A stretch of DNA of 64,000 nt, taken from assembly GCA_028711165.1 (NCBI GenBank), contig JAQTST010000001.1:149872-213871 (forward strand), read 5' to 3'. A model generated the notes under the pieces. The model did not search any database. It was not told where the DNA came from and saw nothing but the letters and a program-made list of their open reading frames with translations. The position numbers and the translations under genes are program-made. This document shows positions 33,981-43,694 of the stretch, one piece after another (the stretch's first letter is position 1; every line of letters begins with the position of its first letter). Source of the DNA: Candidatus Nanoarchaeia archaeon. GTDB taxonomy: Archaea; Nanobdellota; Nanobdellia; Pacearchaeales; GW2011-AR1.

Positions 33981-34994
33981 TTATTCGATTGTGCCCATAT
34001 CAGAAAGATTCTTTATTGCTTCAATTAAATCATTCAGTTTTTTTGAAGGTTCCCCGAGGGAAAGTATGCTGTAAGGAATCCCTTCTTCTGATGCCTTTTT
34101 ATGAGCCTTCAAAATTTCTTTTTCAGTTATTCTTTTCCTGTTGAACACGAAAAGCAGTTCTTCTTTTTTCTCTTTTTTAATTTTTAAAATCGCCTCTTCA
34201 TTTTGGAAGTCTCTTATGTCCAAGATTTCTATTTTCTTCTTTTCCAAACATTCTTTTATCTTGTTAAAGAAGTGCTCATCTTTTTTCTTATTCTTATTTT
34301 GCTTTTTTGATTTACTCTGTTTCGGTTTTTCCTTTTTTATTGGTTCTTCTTTATCTTCGCAAATTTCGTCTTCTTCTTCATCTTCAAACTCTTCCTGTTC
34401 TTCTTCTGAAACTTCATCCTCTTCTATTTCTTCTTGGTGGTTATCAAAAATATTTTCTATTTTTCTCTCTTCTACTTTCTCTATTTCTGATTCTATTTTT
34501 TCGGGTTCGGATTTAATTTCAACAATTTCAATCTCTTCGACTTTATCTTCTGGTTTTTGTATTTCAATTTCCTGTTTAAATTCATTTTCCGGAACTGTGA
34601 AATATCTCCAGTAAATTTCTTCATCCTTTCTGAAAGGTATTGCAAAATCTTTTATCTCTCTTAATGCAACTCTTATCGCTGGCTGCAATTCAGAATCTCT
34701 CAGAAATTTTTTTTGTTTCAAGAGAAGGAAAGCTTCTTTTTCTCTGCTTTTCAAATAGTGAGAAAATCTCTCTAACTGAGGTTCTTGTCCGGAAATAAAA
34801 TAAAGCGGGGAACTTCCGACTCTTAAATTGCTTAAACTAATTTCTTTTTCCCCATATAATTCAGAGAGGAAAGCAGAAGCGAACAGAATACTCAAGCCTG
34901 TCTCTTTGGCGATTTGAACAGGAAGGCTCGGGCCTCTTAATCTGATAAATGTTATTATCTTCTCTTTTACTTTAGCTGCATCTTGAACGGGCAT
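33981..34994 (-). CDS. hypothetical winged-helix-like protein with a long acidic/lysine-rich low-complexity centre
   Basis: N-terminal IITFIRLRGPSLPVQIAKETGLS... and a second helical module. E/K-rich region in the middle of the protein, about 34220-34540. Confidence 0.5.
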   Translation of the reverse strand: MPVQDAAKVKEKIITFIRLRGPSLPVQIAKETGLSILFASAFLSELYGEKEISLSNLRVGSSPLYFISGQEPQLERFSHYLKSREKEAFLLLKQKKFLRDSELQPAIRVALREIKDFAIPFRKDEEIYWRYFTVPENEFKQEIEIQKPEDKVEEIEIVEIKSEPEKIESEIEKVEERKIENIFDNHQEEIEEDEVSEEEQEEFEDEEEDEICEDKEEPIKKEKPKQSKSKKQNKNKKKDEHFFNKIKECLEKKKIEILDIRDFQNEEAILKIKKEKKEELLFVFNRKRITEKEILKAHKKASEEGIPYSILSLGEPSKKLNDLIEAIKNLSDMGTIE

Positions 34995-35054
34995 ACTTAG
35001 AAAAGAAATAAAAGAGTTATAAAGATTTTTATAGTCTTCTTAGGTTATTTACTC

Positions 35055-35210
35055 ATGGATTCCCTTTTAGATATTCTTTTGGACTTTGTTTTGCGTATGT
35101 CTATAATAAGGGGGAGCAAAAAATGGGAATTTTTTTGGGGTTCACTGTTATTAATTATTATATTGGCAATTGTATTCTTTATCATTCTTAAAATCTTTAA
35201 AATTGTCTAA
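35055..35210 (+). CDS. possible small membrane protein (51 aa)
   Basis: MDSLLDILLDFVLRMSIIRGSKKWEFFWGSLLLIIILAIVFFIILKIFKIV. Support is weak. Confidence 0.25.
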   Translation: MDSLLDILLDFVLRMSIIRGSKKWEFFWGSLLLIIILAIVFFIILKIFKIV

Positions 35211-35725
35211 GGCTTAATCCATCTTACTTCATAATAACTTATGTCGCCTTCTTCATCGACGATTGCGAGAAGCAGATTCTTTTTTGTTGAATGGGCTACT
35301 CTGTTTTTTGCTGAAAATTCATGCCATGTAAATCTTTTTGATTCATGTTCAGCGAAGACAATCCACTTTGCATGCGATACACCCGGCTTACTTCCTTTGG
35401 CGTAAACTCTAAAATCCGCGCCGAATTTCAGTGCAGTTTTAACTACATAACCTCTTTCTCTCAAATCCTTGAACACCAAATATTTTATCTGAATCTTTTT
35501 GTCAACTCTTCTGCATTTTTCTATAAATTCTTTTTTTGAAAGTTTCTTGTCTCTGGAAAATATATCAATTTTTCCTTTTTCCAAAAGAAATAATGCTTCT
35601 GTCAGGGAATATTGTATCTTGTCATCTTTGGGTTCCCCGAAATGACTTTTCTCGTAAAGAGAGAACGCGTCTGCGTCGATGCTTGAAATTATTTCTCCCA
35701 TAATATATGCTTTTATTTTTTCCAT
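35207..35725 (-). CDS. endA: tRNA-splicing endonuclease EndA
   Basis: Catalytic domain pattern RGYVVKTALKFGADFRVYAKG...HAKWIV. Confidence 0.9.
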   Translation of the reverse strand: MEKIKAYIMGEIISSIDADAFSLYEKSHFGEPKDDKIQYSLTEALFLLEKGKIDIFSRDKKLSKKEFIEKCRRVDKKIQIKYLVFKDLRERGYVVKTALKFGADFRVYAKGSKPGVSHAKWIVFAEHESKRFTWHEFSAKNRVAHSTKKNLLLAIVDEEGDISYYEVRWIKP

Positions 35726-35777
35726 GATTACTTAAGCTGATAATAATATTTAAAAATATGCTTTGCACTTTTACGGC

Positions 35778-36011
35778 ATGAAAAAAATAAAAATTAGATA
35801 CAACTATAATTGTGGAAAGTATGAAGTTTTGAAACCTAAAAATGGAAACGGATGGTATGACGTCGGAGAAAAGAAAACCATTCATGGGTTGGATGAATTT
35901 TTGAGACGAGAAAAGTCTAATTTTGATTTTGAAATGTCTGAAGAAATTAAGGAACAAATTGAGAAATATCAAAAAGATAGACTGGATAGGAAGAACTTAC
36001 ATACAAAATAA
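35778..36011 (+). CDS. hypothetical small protein
   Basis: ATG 35778; no recognisable domain. Confidence 0.35.
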   Translation: MKKIKIRYNYNCGKYEVLKPKNGNGWYDVGEKKTIHGLDEFLRREKSNFDFEMSEEIKEQIEKYQKDRLDRKNLHTK

Positions 36012-36040
36012 TTTAAATATTAATCTTGACTTGCATAAAT

Positions 36041-38539
36041 ATGGAAATGGATTTTTCTAAGATAGACCGTGGCAAACAGGAAGTTAGCCACTTGAACAGC
36101 GAAGCTATTCAAAAGAAATGGCAGAAGAAATGGGAAGAATCGAAGATATTTGAAGTCGGGGAGAGTTCCAAAAAAAAGAAATTTTATGTTCTTGATATGT
36201 TTCCTTACCCGTCGGGAGCTGGACTTCATATCGGACACGCGTTTGTTTTTAGCCTCGGAGATATCTTTGCGAGATTCAAAAGAATGCAGGGGTTTAATGT
36301 TCTCTATCCCATCGGATATGATAGTCTTGGGCTGCCTGCGGAAAATGCAGCGATTAAAGTCGGGACGCACCCTGCAGAGTATACAAAAAAGTCAATTGCA
36401 AATTTTATGAAACAGCAGAAAGCAATGGGCTGGAGTTATGACTGGAGCAGAATGGTTTCAACAAGCGACCCTAAATATTACAAATGGGACCAATGGATTT
36501 TTTTGAAAATGCTGGAGAAAGGAATTGCTTACCGAAAGAAATCTGCAGTTAACTGGTGTCCGAAATGCCAGAGTGTCTTGGCGAATGAACAGGTTATCGG
36601 GGGAAAATGCTGGAGACATGAAGATTGTGACGTCGAGATTAAACATCTGGAGCAATGGTTTTTCAAAATTACAAATTACGCTGAACGATTGTTAAATGGA
36701 CTTGAAAATGTTGACTGGCCGGAAAGAGCTAAACTTATGCAGAAAAATTGGATTGGGAAATCTCACGGGACTGAAATTCTTTTTGAGATTAACGGAAACA
36801 AATGGCCGATTTTCACGACGAGACCTGATACAATTTTTGGAGTTACTTTCATGGTTGTAAGCGCACAGCATCCGAGATTAATGGAATTAGTAACTGATAA
36901 ACAGAAAAAAGATGTCGAGAAATTTTTGAAGAAATTAAAATCTGTCTCTGAGAAAGAATTGGCAGACATGGAAAAGGAAGGGGTTTTCACCGGGAGCTAT
37001 GCAATTAATCCGATGACAAAAGAAAAAGTTCCTGTCTGGGCAGGTAATTTTGTCGTCGCTGATTATGGAAGCGGAATGGTTATGGCTGTTCCTGCACATG
37101 ACCAGAGAGATTTTGAGTTTGCTGAGAAATATGAAATTCCTGTAAAAATTGTAATACAACCAGATGAGCATTTAGCGCCAGAAAGAATGACTGAAGCTTA
37201 TACTGGCGACGGGAAATTAGTCAATTCAGAAAATTTCGACGGATTGCATAATGAAGAAGCGAAAGAACACATCAGCATTTATCTGAAAGAAAAAAAATTG
37301 GGGAAGAAAGTTGTCAATTATAAACTTAGAGACTGGCTTATTTCCCGTCAGAGATATTGGGGAACTCCTATTCCGATAATTTATTGTGATAAATGCGGGA
37401 TTGTTCCTGTTCCTGAAAAAGATTTGCCAGTAGAATTGCCGAAAGAAGTTGAATTTGGGAAAGGAAATCCTCTTGCTACAAATAAAAAATGGATGAATGC
37501 TAAATGTCCAAAATGCGGCGGGAATGGGAGAAGAGAAACAGATACTATGGATACGTTTGTTAATTCTTCATGGTATTATCTTAGATATTCTGATCCGAAA
37601 AATGACAGGAAAATTTTTGATACAAAAAAAGCAAATTACTGGGCGCCGATTGACCAGTACATTGGCGGGCCAGAACATATTACTATGCATCTAATTTATC
37701 TGAGATTTTATACAAAGTTTTTGAAAGACTTGGGGTTATTGAAATTTGAAGAGCCTGCATTAAGATATTTTACACAGGGAATTGTTCACGCCAGCGACGG
37801 AGAAAAGATGTCCAAATCCAAGGGAAATGTTATCGAACCTCTGGACATGATAAATAAATACGGAGCAGATTCTCTGAGATTATTTTTAGTTTCAATTGCT
37901 TCTCCTGACAAGGATTTTAACTGGGATGACAAAGGCATTCAGGGAACTTTTAATTTTATCAGCAAAATCTATAATTATTTTGAAAATTTTGAATCTGCAA
38001 AAGTCAGCCCGAAAATTGAAAGCAAATTAAACAAGGCAATAAAAGAAATTACAGACTATGTTCAGGATTTCAAACATAATCTTGCAGTAATAAAAATAAG
38101 AAGTTTATTTGAAAGCTTTGCCGACGGAGATGTTGATAAAAAAAGTGCTGAAGCTTTCCTAAAACTTTTGCATATTTATTGCCCTTTTGCAACAGAAGAA
38201 CTTTGGGAAAAATTTGGCAATAAAACTTTCATCAGTTTAGAAAAATGGCCTGTTGCCGACGAGAAAAAAATAAACGAGAAACTCGAAGAGCAGGAAAAAG
38301 CAATTGATAGTCTTGTTAATGATATAAATAACGTCTTGAGAATTGTCGGTGAAAAAAATAAAGTTTCCATTTATGTGATTCCCAAAGAGAAAGAAATTTA
38401 TGAAGATGCAATTGAAATGATTGGCAAGAGAACGAATCTGGAAGTTTCCATTTATTCTGTCAACGACAAAGATAAATATGACCCTGAAGGAAAATCAAAA
38501 AAAGCTAAACTTGGAAAACCCGCAATTTATCTGGAATAA
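36041..38539 (+). CDS. leuS: leucyl-tRNA synthetase, bacterial-type
   Basis: HIGHAF (HIGH), GYDSLGLPAENAAIK and KMSKSKGN. Length and motifs match the bacterial/organellar type rather than the long archaeal type. Start at ATG 36041. Confidence 0.95.
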   Translation: MEMDFSKIDRGKQEVSHLNSEAIQKKWQKKWEESKIFEVGESSKKKKFYVLDMFPYPSGAGLHIGHAFVFSLGDIFARFKRMQGFNVLYPIGYDSLGLPAENAAIKVGTHPAEYTKKSIANFMKQQKAMGWSYDWSRMVSTSDPKYYKWDQWIFLKMLEKGIAYRKKSAVNWCPKCQSVLANEQVIGGKCWRHEDCDVEIKHLEQWFFKITNYAERLLNGLENVDWPERAKLMQKNWIGKSHGTEILFEINGNKWPIFTTRPDTIFGVTFMVVSAQHPRLMELVTDKQKKDVEKFLKKLKSVSEKELADMEKEGVFTGSYAINPMTKEKVPVWAGNFVVADYGSGMVMAVPAHDQRDFEFAEKYEIPVKIVIQPDEHLAPERMTEAYTGDGKLVNSENFDGLHNEEAKEHISIYLKEKKLGKKVVNYKLRDWLISRQRYWGTPIPIIYCDKCGIVPVPEKDLPVELPKEVEFGKGNPLATNKKWMNAKCPKCGGNGRRETDTMDTFVNSSWYYLRYSDPKNDRKIFDTKKANYWAPIDQYIGGPEHITMHLIYLRFYTKFLKDLGLLKFEEPALRYFTQGIVHASDGEKMSKSKGNVIEPLDMINKYGADSLRLFLVSIASPDKDFNWDDKGIQGTFNFISKIYNYFENFESAKVSPKIESKLNKAIKEITDYVQDFKHNLAVIKIRSLFESFADGDVDKKSAEAFLKLLHIYCPFATEELWEKFGNKTFISLEKWPVADEKKINEKLEEQEKAIDSLVNDINNVLRIVGEKNKVSIYVIPKEKEIYEDAIEMIGKRTNLEVSIYSVNDKDKYDPEGKSKKAKLGKPAIYLE

Positions 38540-38540
38540 T

Positions 38541-39575
38541 ATGGAAATTAAGAGGTGGAAATTTTATTTTGGAGTAATTATTCTTATCGGATTTTTTACA
38601 ATTATCTCCTGTCTCATTCTTTCCAGCCTGAAAATTCCTGCCTGCAACGACGAAACACCATTCAATAATTGTTCTGAGATAAAACCCTATTTTTGCTCTA
38701 ACGGAACTTTAATCGAAAAGGCTTCTGTCTGCGGATGCAGAAATTCAGCAAAGATTGACGGAGATAAATGCATTTCAGAATACCAGACTCAACCAAAAAA
38801 TATTGCTCTTAATTATACTCTTAACGGAAAAAAAGGAGAAATTAATTTTGTTGCCTACAAAAATCTCAGTGATTATCTTTCTGACATTCCGAGATATATA
38901 ACTCCTGTCGACGGAGAAGAAGCAACTCTTCGTGATTTTAGAATGAAAAGTCTTGATGAAAAAAAACAGAGGGAACTGCTGCTGCCACTTGTTGTTGCTA
39001 TTGAAAATTCTGCAAAAAACAGAGACGACCAGGCGAGAATTGCAGTGAGTATTGTACAAAATATTCCTTTTGGAAGTTCAAATAAAACAATTAAACTTCT
39101 TGATTTGGATCTTGAATATTACAGATATCCTTATGAAGTTCTCTACGACGTCGAGGGAGTGTGCGGGGAAAAGTCCGAACTGCTCTCATTTTTACTTCGG
39201 GAACTTGGATATGAAACTGCTTTTCTTTATTTCCCTAATGAGAACCACGAAGCGATAGGAATAAAATGTCCTGCCAGAAAAAGTTTCAACAGCGTCGGAT
39301 ATTGCTTTATAGAAACAACAGGGCCGTCGATAATAACTGATTATAAAACTGAATATGTCTCTGTCGGGCAGCTTGATTCATTCTACGAGATTATTCCCAT
39401 CGAAGGGAATTTATCTTTTGGAGAAAGCAATTTCTATGAATACAGCGACGCTAAAACTTTAAACAAAATAAGACAAACCTCGAGAGAATACGGAGCGATA
39501 AATTATATAGAACATCTGCAGTTCAGACATCTCGTTGAAAAATATGGGCTGGTAACTTTTGAATATAAATTTTAA
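38541..39575 (+). CDS. membrane-anchored transglutaminase-like (Cys-His) domain protein
   Basis: TM helix, then a Cys-rich segment, then GVCGEKSELLSFLLRELGYETAFLYFPNENHEAIGIK...CFIETT, a papain/transglutaminase-like Cys...His arrangement. Start moved to ATG 38541, just after the leuS stop. Confidence 0.45.
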   Translation: MEIKRWKFYFGVIILIGFFTIISCLILSSLKIPACNDETPFNNCSEIKPYFCSNGTLIEKASVCGCRNSAKIDGDKCISEYQTQPKNIALNYTLNGKKGEINFVAYKNLSDYLSDIPRYITPVDGEEATLRDFRMKSLDEKKQRELLLPLVVAIENSAKNRDDQARIAVSIVQNIPFGSSNKTIKLLDLDLEYYRYPYEVLYDVEGVCGEKSELLSFLLRELGYETAFLYFPNENHEAIGIKCPARKSFNSVGYCFIETTGPSIITDYKTEYVSVGQLDSFYEIIPIEGNLSFGESNFYEYSDAKTLNKIRQTSREYGAINYIEHLQFRHLVEKYGLVTFEYKF

Positions 39576-41260
39576 TCAATAACTGCTTTGATTCTACGAA
39601 CTCCTGCTGATGAACCTTCTTCTTTTGTAATGTTGAAATGCCCGATTTCACAAGTGTTTCTCACATGGGGGCCTGCACAAATTTCTTTTGAAAAATCCTC
39701 GACGGTATAAACAGAAACTTTCTCTCCGTATTTCTTATCAAACACTCCGATTGCTCCTTTTTTCTTTGCTTCTCCCGGCGACATTTCTTCTCTTCTGACT
39801 TCACAGGATTTCTGAATTTGTGCATTCACTAAATCTTCAACTTTTTTTATTTCTTCACTGGTAAGTTTCCTTGGAAAATTAAAATCCAGTCTCAATCTTT
39901 CTGCAGTTATGTTGCTACCTTTCTGCATTATATTTTCATCGTCGAGAACAATTCTCAGAGCTGACAATAATAAATGAGTTGCAGTGTGAAGTTTGGTTGT
40001 TTTTTCTGACTGGTCTGCAAGTCCGGATTTGAATCTTCCTTGTGCAGAGGTTCTTGAAAGTTCCTGATGTTTTTTCAATTCCTCTTCAAAACCTTTTTCA
40101 TCGAATTTTATTTTTCTTTGTCTGCATTCTTCTTCAATCAATTCGCTTGGAAATCCGTAACTTTGGTATAATAAGAAACATTCTTTTCCTGATATTTTTT
40201 TATCTGCAATAAACTTCTGGAACTGAGCTATTCCTTTTTCCAATGTCAGCTGAAATCTCTTTTCTTCTTTTTCTAATTCTTCAAGAATTGCCTTTTTGTT
40301 TTTTTTCATCTCAGGATAATCGTCATAAATATCAAAAACTGCTTCTGCAATTTTTGAGGTAAAATCTTTCATTTTTAATTCATTCCCATATTTTATTGCC
40401 CTTCGGATTAATCTTCTGAGAACATAACCCTGTTCTGTATTTGACGGGACAATTCCGTCGGCAATTATGAAGACGGCTGCTTTGAGATGGTCTGCAATTA
40501 TTCTCATTGCTTTTTTGTGCTTGTCATATTTTTTTCCGGAGAAATCTTCTATACTTTCTATTATCGGCAGGAAGCAATCTGTCAGATAATTGTCGTCGAG
40601 ATTATTTAAAACGGCAATTGTTCTTTCAACACCCATTCCTGTATCGACATTCTTCTGTTTTAGCGGAACGTATTTTCCTTCTTTTGTTTTATTATATCCC
40701 ATAAAAACATTGTTCCAGATTTCAACATTGTTCATGAATATTTCTGTGTCAGGACCGCAGGGGCCAGTATTTCCGGCAGGACCCCACCAGTTATCTTCTC
40801 TTCCTAAAAATTTTACATTTTTAATTCCAAGGGATTTCCAAATTTTTGCAGCCTCTTCATCTTTTGGAACATTTTTATCTCCTGCGAAACAGGTTACAGA
40901 TAATTTCTCCTTCGGAATTTTAAGAATTTTTGTCAAGAGTTCAAAACTAAACTCAATAGATTCTTTTTTGAAATAATCACCCAGACTCCAATTTCCCAGC
41001 ATTTCAAAAAATGTGTGGTGCGTTGCATCGCCGACTTCGTCGATATCTCCTGTTCTTATGCACTTTTGAACATCGCAAAGTCTTTTTCCTAACGGATGTT
41101 TTTGTCCCAAAAGGTAAGGAACAAGAGGATGCATTCCTGCTGTTGTAAAAAGAACTGTCGGGTCGTTTTCGGGAATCAGGCTTGCGCTTGGAATTTCTTT
41201 GTGCCCTTTAGATTTGAAAAATTCAAGATATTTTTTTATAAGTTCTTTCCTATTTATCAT
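39572..41260 (-). CDS. alaS: alanyl-tRNA synthetase, short form lacking the C-Ala domain
   Basis: FKSKGHKEIPSASLIPENDPTVLFTTAGM and HHTFFEMLGNWSLGDYFK, with editing-domain HxxxH (HTATHLL) and CxxxH (CAGPHV). It ends at the editing domain, at 562 aa. Confidence 0.9.
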   Translation of the reverse strand: MINRKELIKKYLEFFKSKGHKEIPSASLIPENDPTVLFTTAGMHPLVPYLLGQKHPLGKRLCDVQKCIRTGDIDEVGDATHHTFFEMLGNWSLGDYFKKESIEFSFELLTKILKIPKEKLSVTCFAGDKNVPKDEEAAKIWKSLGIKNVKFLGREDNWWGPAGNTGPCGPDTEIFMNNVEIWNNVFMGYNKTKEGKYVPLKQKNVDTGMGVERTIAVLNNLDDNYLTDCFLPIIESIEDFSGKKYDKHKKAMRIIADHLKAAVFIIADGIVPSNTEQGYVLRRLIRRAIKYGNELKMKDFTSKIAEAVFDIYDDYPEMKKNKKAILEELEKEEKRFQLTLEKGIAQFQKFIADKKISGKECFLLYQSYGFPSELIEEECRQRKIKFDEKGFEEELKKHQELSRTSAQGRFKSGLADQSEKTTKLHTATHLLLSALRIVLDDENIMQKGSNITAERLRLDFNFPRKLTSEEIKKVEDLVNAQIQKSCEVRREEMSPGEAKKKGAIGVFDKKYGEKVSVYTVEDFSKEICAGPHVRNTCEIGHFNITKEEGSSAGVRRIKAVID

Positions 41261-41318
41261 ATAGAAATATAAGGGATATGATTTTAAAAATATTAGTTAT
41301 AATTAAGAATAGATTAAT

Positions 41319-41771
41319 TTATTCTAAAATCTTTCCTGTTAAATAACCAAGTCCATATCCAATTAATGTTTGAACTCCTCCCTTAACTACCCCGATAGTT
41401 CCGCCTGCTAATCTCCCCATTTTTTTACAATCATACTCAACTCCCATAATCATCTTTTCTTCAGCATTTTTCCCAATAATTTCTCTCAATTGAGATTCAT
41501 AATGCCCTATAGATTGATTATCTTTGGTAACAGAAATATTAACTTCACTATCAAGACTTTTTTTTACAATTGCCCTCGCGAACTTTGCTCCACCAAATCC
41601 CCCCATTACTGTTCCAACAGTTCCCCGAACAATAGCTGGACCAAAAACTAATACAAGTTCTAAATCTTCTGGTAAAACTGGAATTTTCTTTGCATCACAA
41701 AAACCATGATAAGCACCAACCCCTATAGATGTTACTCCCAAACATAAATTCAAGATTGTTTTTTTCTTCAT
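41319..41771 (-). CDS. hypothetical Gly-rich membrane protein
   Basis: N-terminal hydrophobic segment and Gly-rich helices (GTVGTVMGGFGGAKF, GGTIGVVKGG). Confidence 0.45.
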   Translation of the reverse strand: MKKKTILNLCLGVTSIGVGAYHGFCDAKKIPVLPEDLELVLVFGPAIVRGTVGTVMGGFGGAKFARAIVKKSLDSEVNISVTKDNQSIGHYESQLREIIGKNAEEKMIMGVEYDCKKMGRLAGGTIGVVKGGVQTLIGYGLGYLTGKILE

Positions 41772-41811
41772 AACCCTGAATTAAAAATATCTTTTATAAA
41801 TCTTTGTATTT

Positions 41812-42198
41812 TCAAGCTCCTTCAATTGCTTTCAATTTATCCTGAATGCTCATTAATTCATTTTCGAGTTTTTCATCAAAATCCTTTTTTATTGCCGGCG
41901 GAGATATCTTTTTTATTTCTCCGACTGCTGTCCTTTCAGGAATCTTAAAAAATGGAAAATAATTTTTTGTTTTTTTCAGGGCAGCGTTGAGTTCTCTTAT
42001 TGTCTGATATATTTTGCTTCTTATCTCGAACTCTTCTGCCCGAAGAGAATTATATTTCCTTGCTATTTTTATTATGTTAAGAAAAGACATTTCAGAAGAA
42101 AGCAAATCTTTTTTTGCATCAACAGATTCGTAATAACCCAACCTGAAATAAACCGGATTATTATTTTCTACCTTCGGAAGACTTTTTTTAGTTTTCAT
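41812..42198 (-). CDS. hypothetical protein, translationally coupled to 42195-42878
   Basis: 4-nt overlap with the upstream ORF; helical protein. Confidence 0.5.
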   Translation of the reverse strand: MKTKKSLPKVENNNPVYFRLGYYESVDAKKDLLSSEMSFLNIIKIARKYNSLRAEEFEIRSKIYQTIRELNAALKKTKNYFPFFKIPERTAVGEIKKISPPAIKKDFDEKLENELMSIQDKLKAIEGA

Positions 42199-42878
42199 TC
42201 TACCTGCGAGAAAATGTTGCTATCTATTTTTTCAATTTTTTCTTTAATCTGTTTAATCTCACTTTCCCATAACGCTAATTCTTGCTCTTCTTTTTCTCTG
42301 ACTTTTTTTACATCTTCAACCATATTTTCTATTTCTGAAATTTTTCTTCTTACTTCTTCAAAAGTTCTTGAACCCTCTTCAAATTTATCTATTCGGATAA
42401 AAATTGGCTCCTGACCTCTACTCGAGCTCCCACTCATTGCATTAAATTTTTCCGGCATTCGTGAAAACTCTCGCTCATTGCTATCAAATCTTTTTCTGGC
42501 ATTCGCGAAATCACTCGGTTCTGCTTCTCTTGTTCTTGTCCTCTGCAATGGAGCGGAAAAATCTCTTTTTGTTCCTTCTATTCTAAGAGGTCTCTGCATC
42601 ATCGGCAGTTCTTCTGAAAATACCTCTGCTTCAACCCCGACCCCTTTCTTCCCAGCAATTGCTTCTTTGATTGTATCCTGTGAGAATTTATTTCCTAAAC
42701 TTCCATTCGGAAAGCTTGGTAATTGCGGAAGCTGTTCAGGCATCTCTGGCATTTCTTTTACAAAATCTTTTTCTCCTATTCCGGGAAATTCCGGCAATTG
42801 CGGAAGCTGTGGAATTTCAGGAAGTTTTGGAATGTCTGAATTCTCCCCTTTTTTTTCTTTTTTCTTAAATAAAGCCAT
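42195..42878 (-). CDS. hypothetical protein with LP-rich N-terminus and C-terminal coiled coil
   Basis: IPKLPEIPQLPQLPEFPG repeats; C-terminal EPIFIRIDKFEEG...coiled coil. Contains two copies of the family-B core motif (42454-42480 and 42498-42523). Confidence 0.55.
   Translation of the reverse strand: MALFKKKEKKGENSDIPKLPEIPQLPQLPEFPGIGEKDFVKEMPEMPEQLPQLPSFPNGSLGNKFSQDTIKEAIAGKKGVGVEAEVFSEELPMMQRPLRIEGTKRDFSAPLQRTRTREAEPSDFANARKRFDSNEREFSRMPEKFNAMSGSSSRGQEPIFIRIDKFEEGSRTFEEVRRKISEIENMVEDVKKVREKEEQELALWESEIKQIKEKIEKIDSNIFSQVE
42454..42523 (+). repeat. two copies of the family-B core motif inside a CDS
   Basis: GGCATTCGTGAAAACTCTCGCTC and GGCATTCGCGAAATCACTCGGTT, 44 bp apart, so the host ORF reads them in different frames. 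Confidence 0.55.
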
Positions 42879-42993
42879 CTCTTTTATAATATATTTTGGT
42901 AAATATAAAATGCAGAATAAGTTTAAAAATGTTTATACAAAAAATATTTTTACGAACCGAAAAGTATATATTTGACTTCTTTTTCGTAATCAA

Positions 42994-43686
42994 ATGCTGA
43001 AAAAATTCTTAAAAGAAATTGTCGTGTCCATCGCAGGCAAACCTGCTGAAGGCATTATTGATTTATTCGACGGTAAAAAATATGTAAACGAGTTTATAAT
43101 TGCAAAAAAATTAAACCTTACAATAAACCAAACAAGAAATATTTTATATAAAATTTCAGATTACGGGCTTGTTTCTTTTATCAGAAAAAAAGACAAGAAA
43201 AAAGGATGGTATACTTATTTCTGGAAAATAGAAATCGTGAAGAATCTTGAATTTTTGCGTGAAAATCTGCTGAAAAAAATGGAACAGCTTCAGCACCAGA
43301 TTACAAGCCGAAAGACAAAAGAATTTTATGTCTGCGGAAGATGCAACATTGAGTTTAACGAGGAAAACGCGCTTGTTCACAGTTTTATGTGCAATGAATG
43401 CGGGGAAATAATGCAGCTTAAAGATAATACTCCTGTTCTAAAAGAATACAACAAAGAACTCGATAAAATGCGGAAAGAACTTGAACTTGTCGACGATGAA
43501 TTGAAAATTGAAAGAGAGAAAATTGAAAAGAGCAAGGCAAGAGAAATGAAAAAAGAAGCTAAACTCAAGGCAGAAGAAAAAAAGAAGAAGAAAGCCGCGT
43601 CTGCAAAAAAACCTGCCAAGAAAACTCCGAAAAAAGTTTCAGTCAAGAAAGAAACGAAAAAAGCTAAATCTAAAAAAAGAAAATAA
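42994..43686 (+). CDS. tfe: transcription factor E (TFE alpha) with a Lys-rich tail
   Basis: Winged helix (EFIIAKKLNLTINQTRNILYKISDYGLVSF...WYTYFW) and zinc ribbon CGRC...CNEC. Confidence 0.8.
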   Translation: MLKKFLKEIVVSIAGKPAEGIIDLFDGKKYVNEFIIAKKLNLTINQTRNILYKISDYGLVSFIRKKDKKKGWYTYFWKIEIVKNLEFLRENLLKKMEQLQHQITSRKTKEFYVCGRCNIEFNEENALVHSFMCNECGEIMQLKDNTPVLKEYNKELDKMRKELELVDDELKIEREKIEKSKAREMKKEAKLKAEEKKKKKAASAKKPAKKTPKKVSVKKETKKAKSKKRK

Positions 43687-43694
43687 TCAAAAAA

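Noticed and set aside
38421-38540. N-terminal 40 codons of track ORF 38421-39575, which overlap the leuS 3' end.
   Set aside because: This part overlaps the strongly supported leuS frame. A proper ATG (38541) immediately after the leuS stop begins a typical signal/TM segment.
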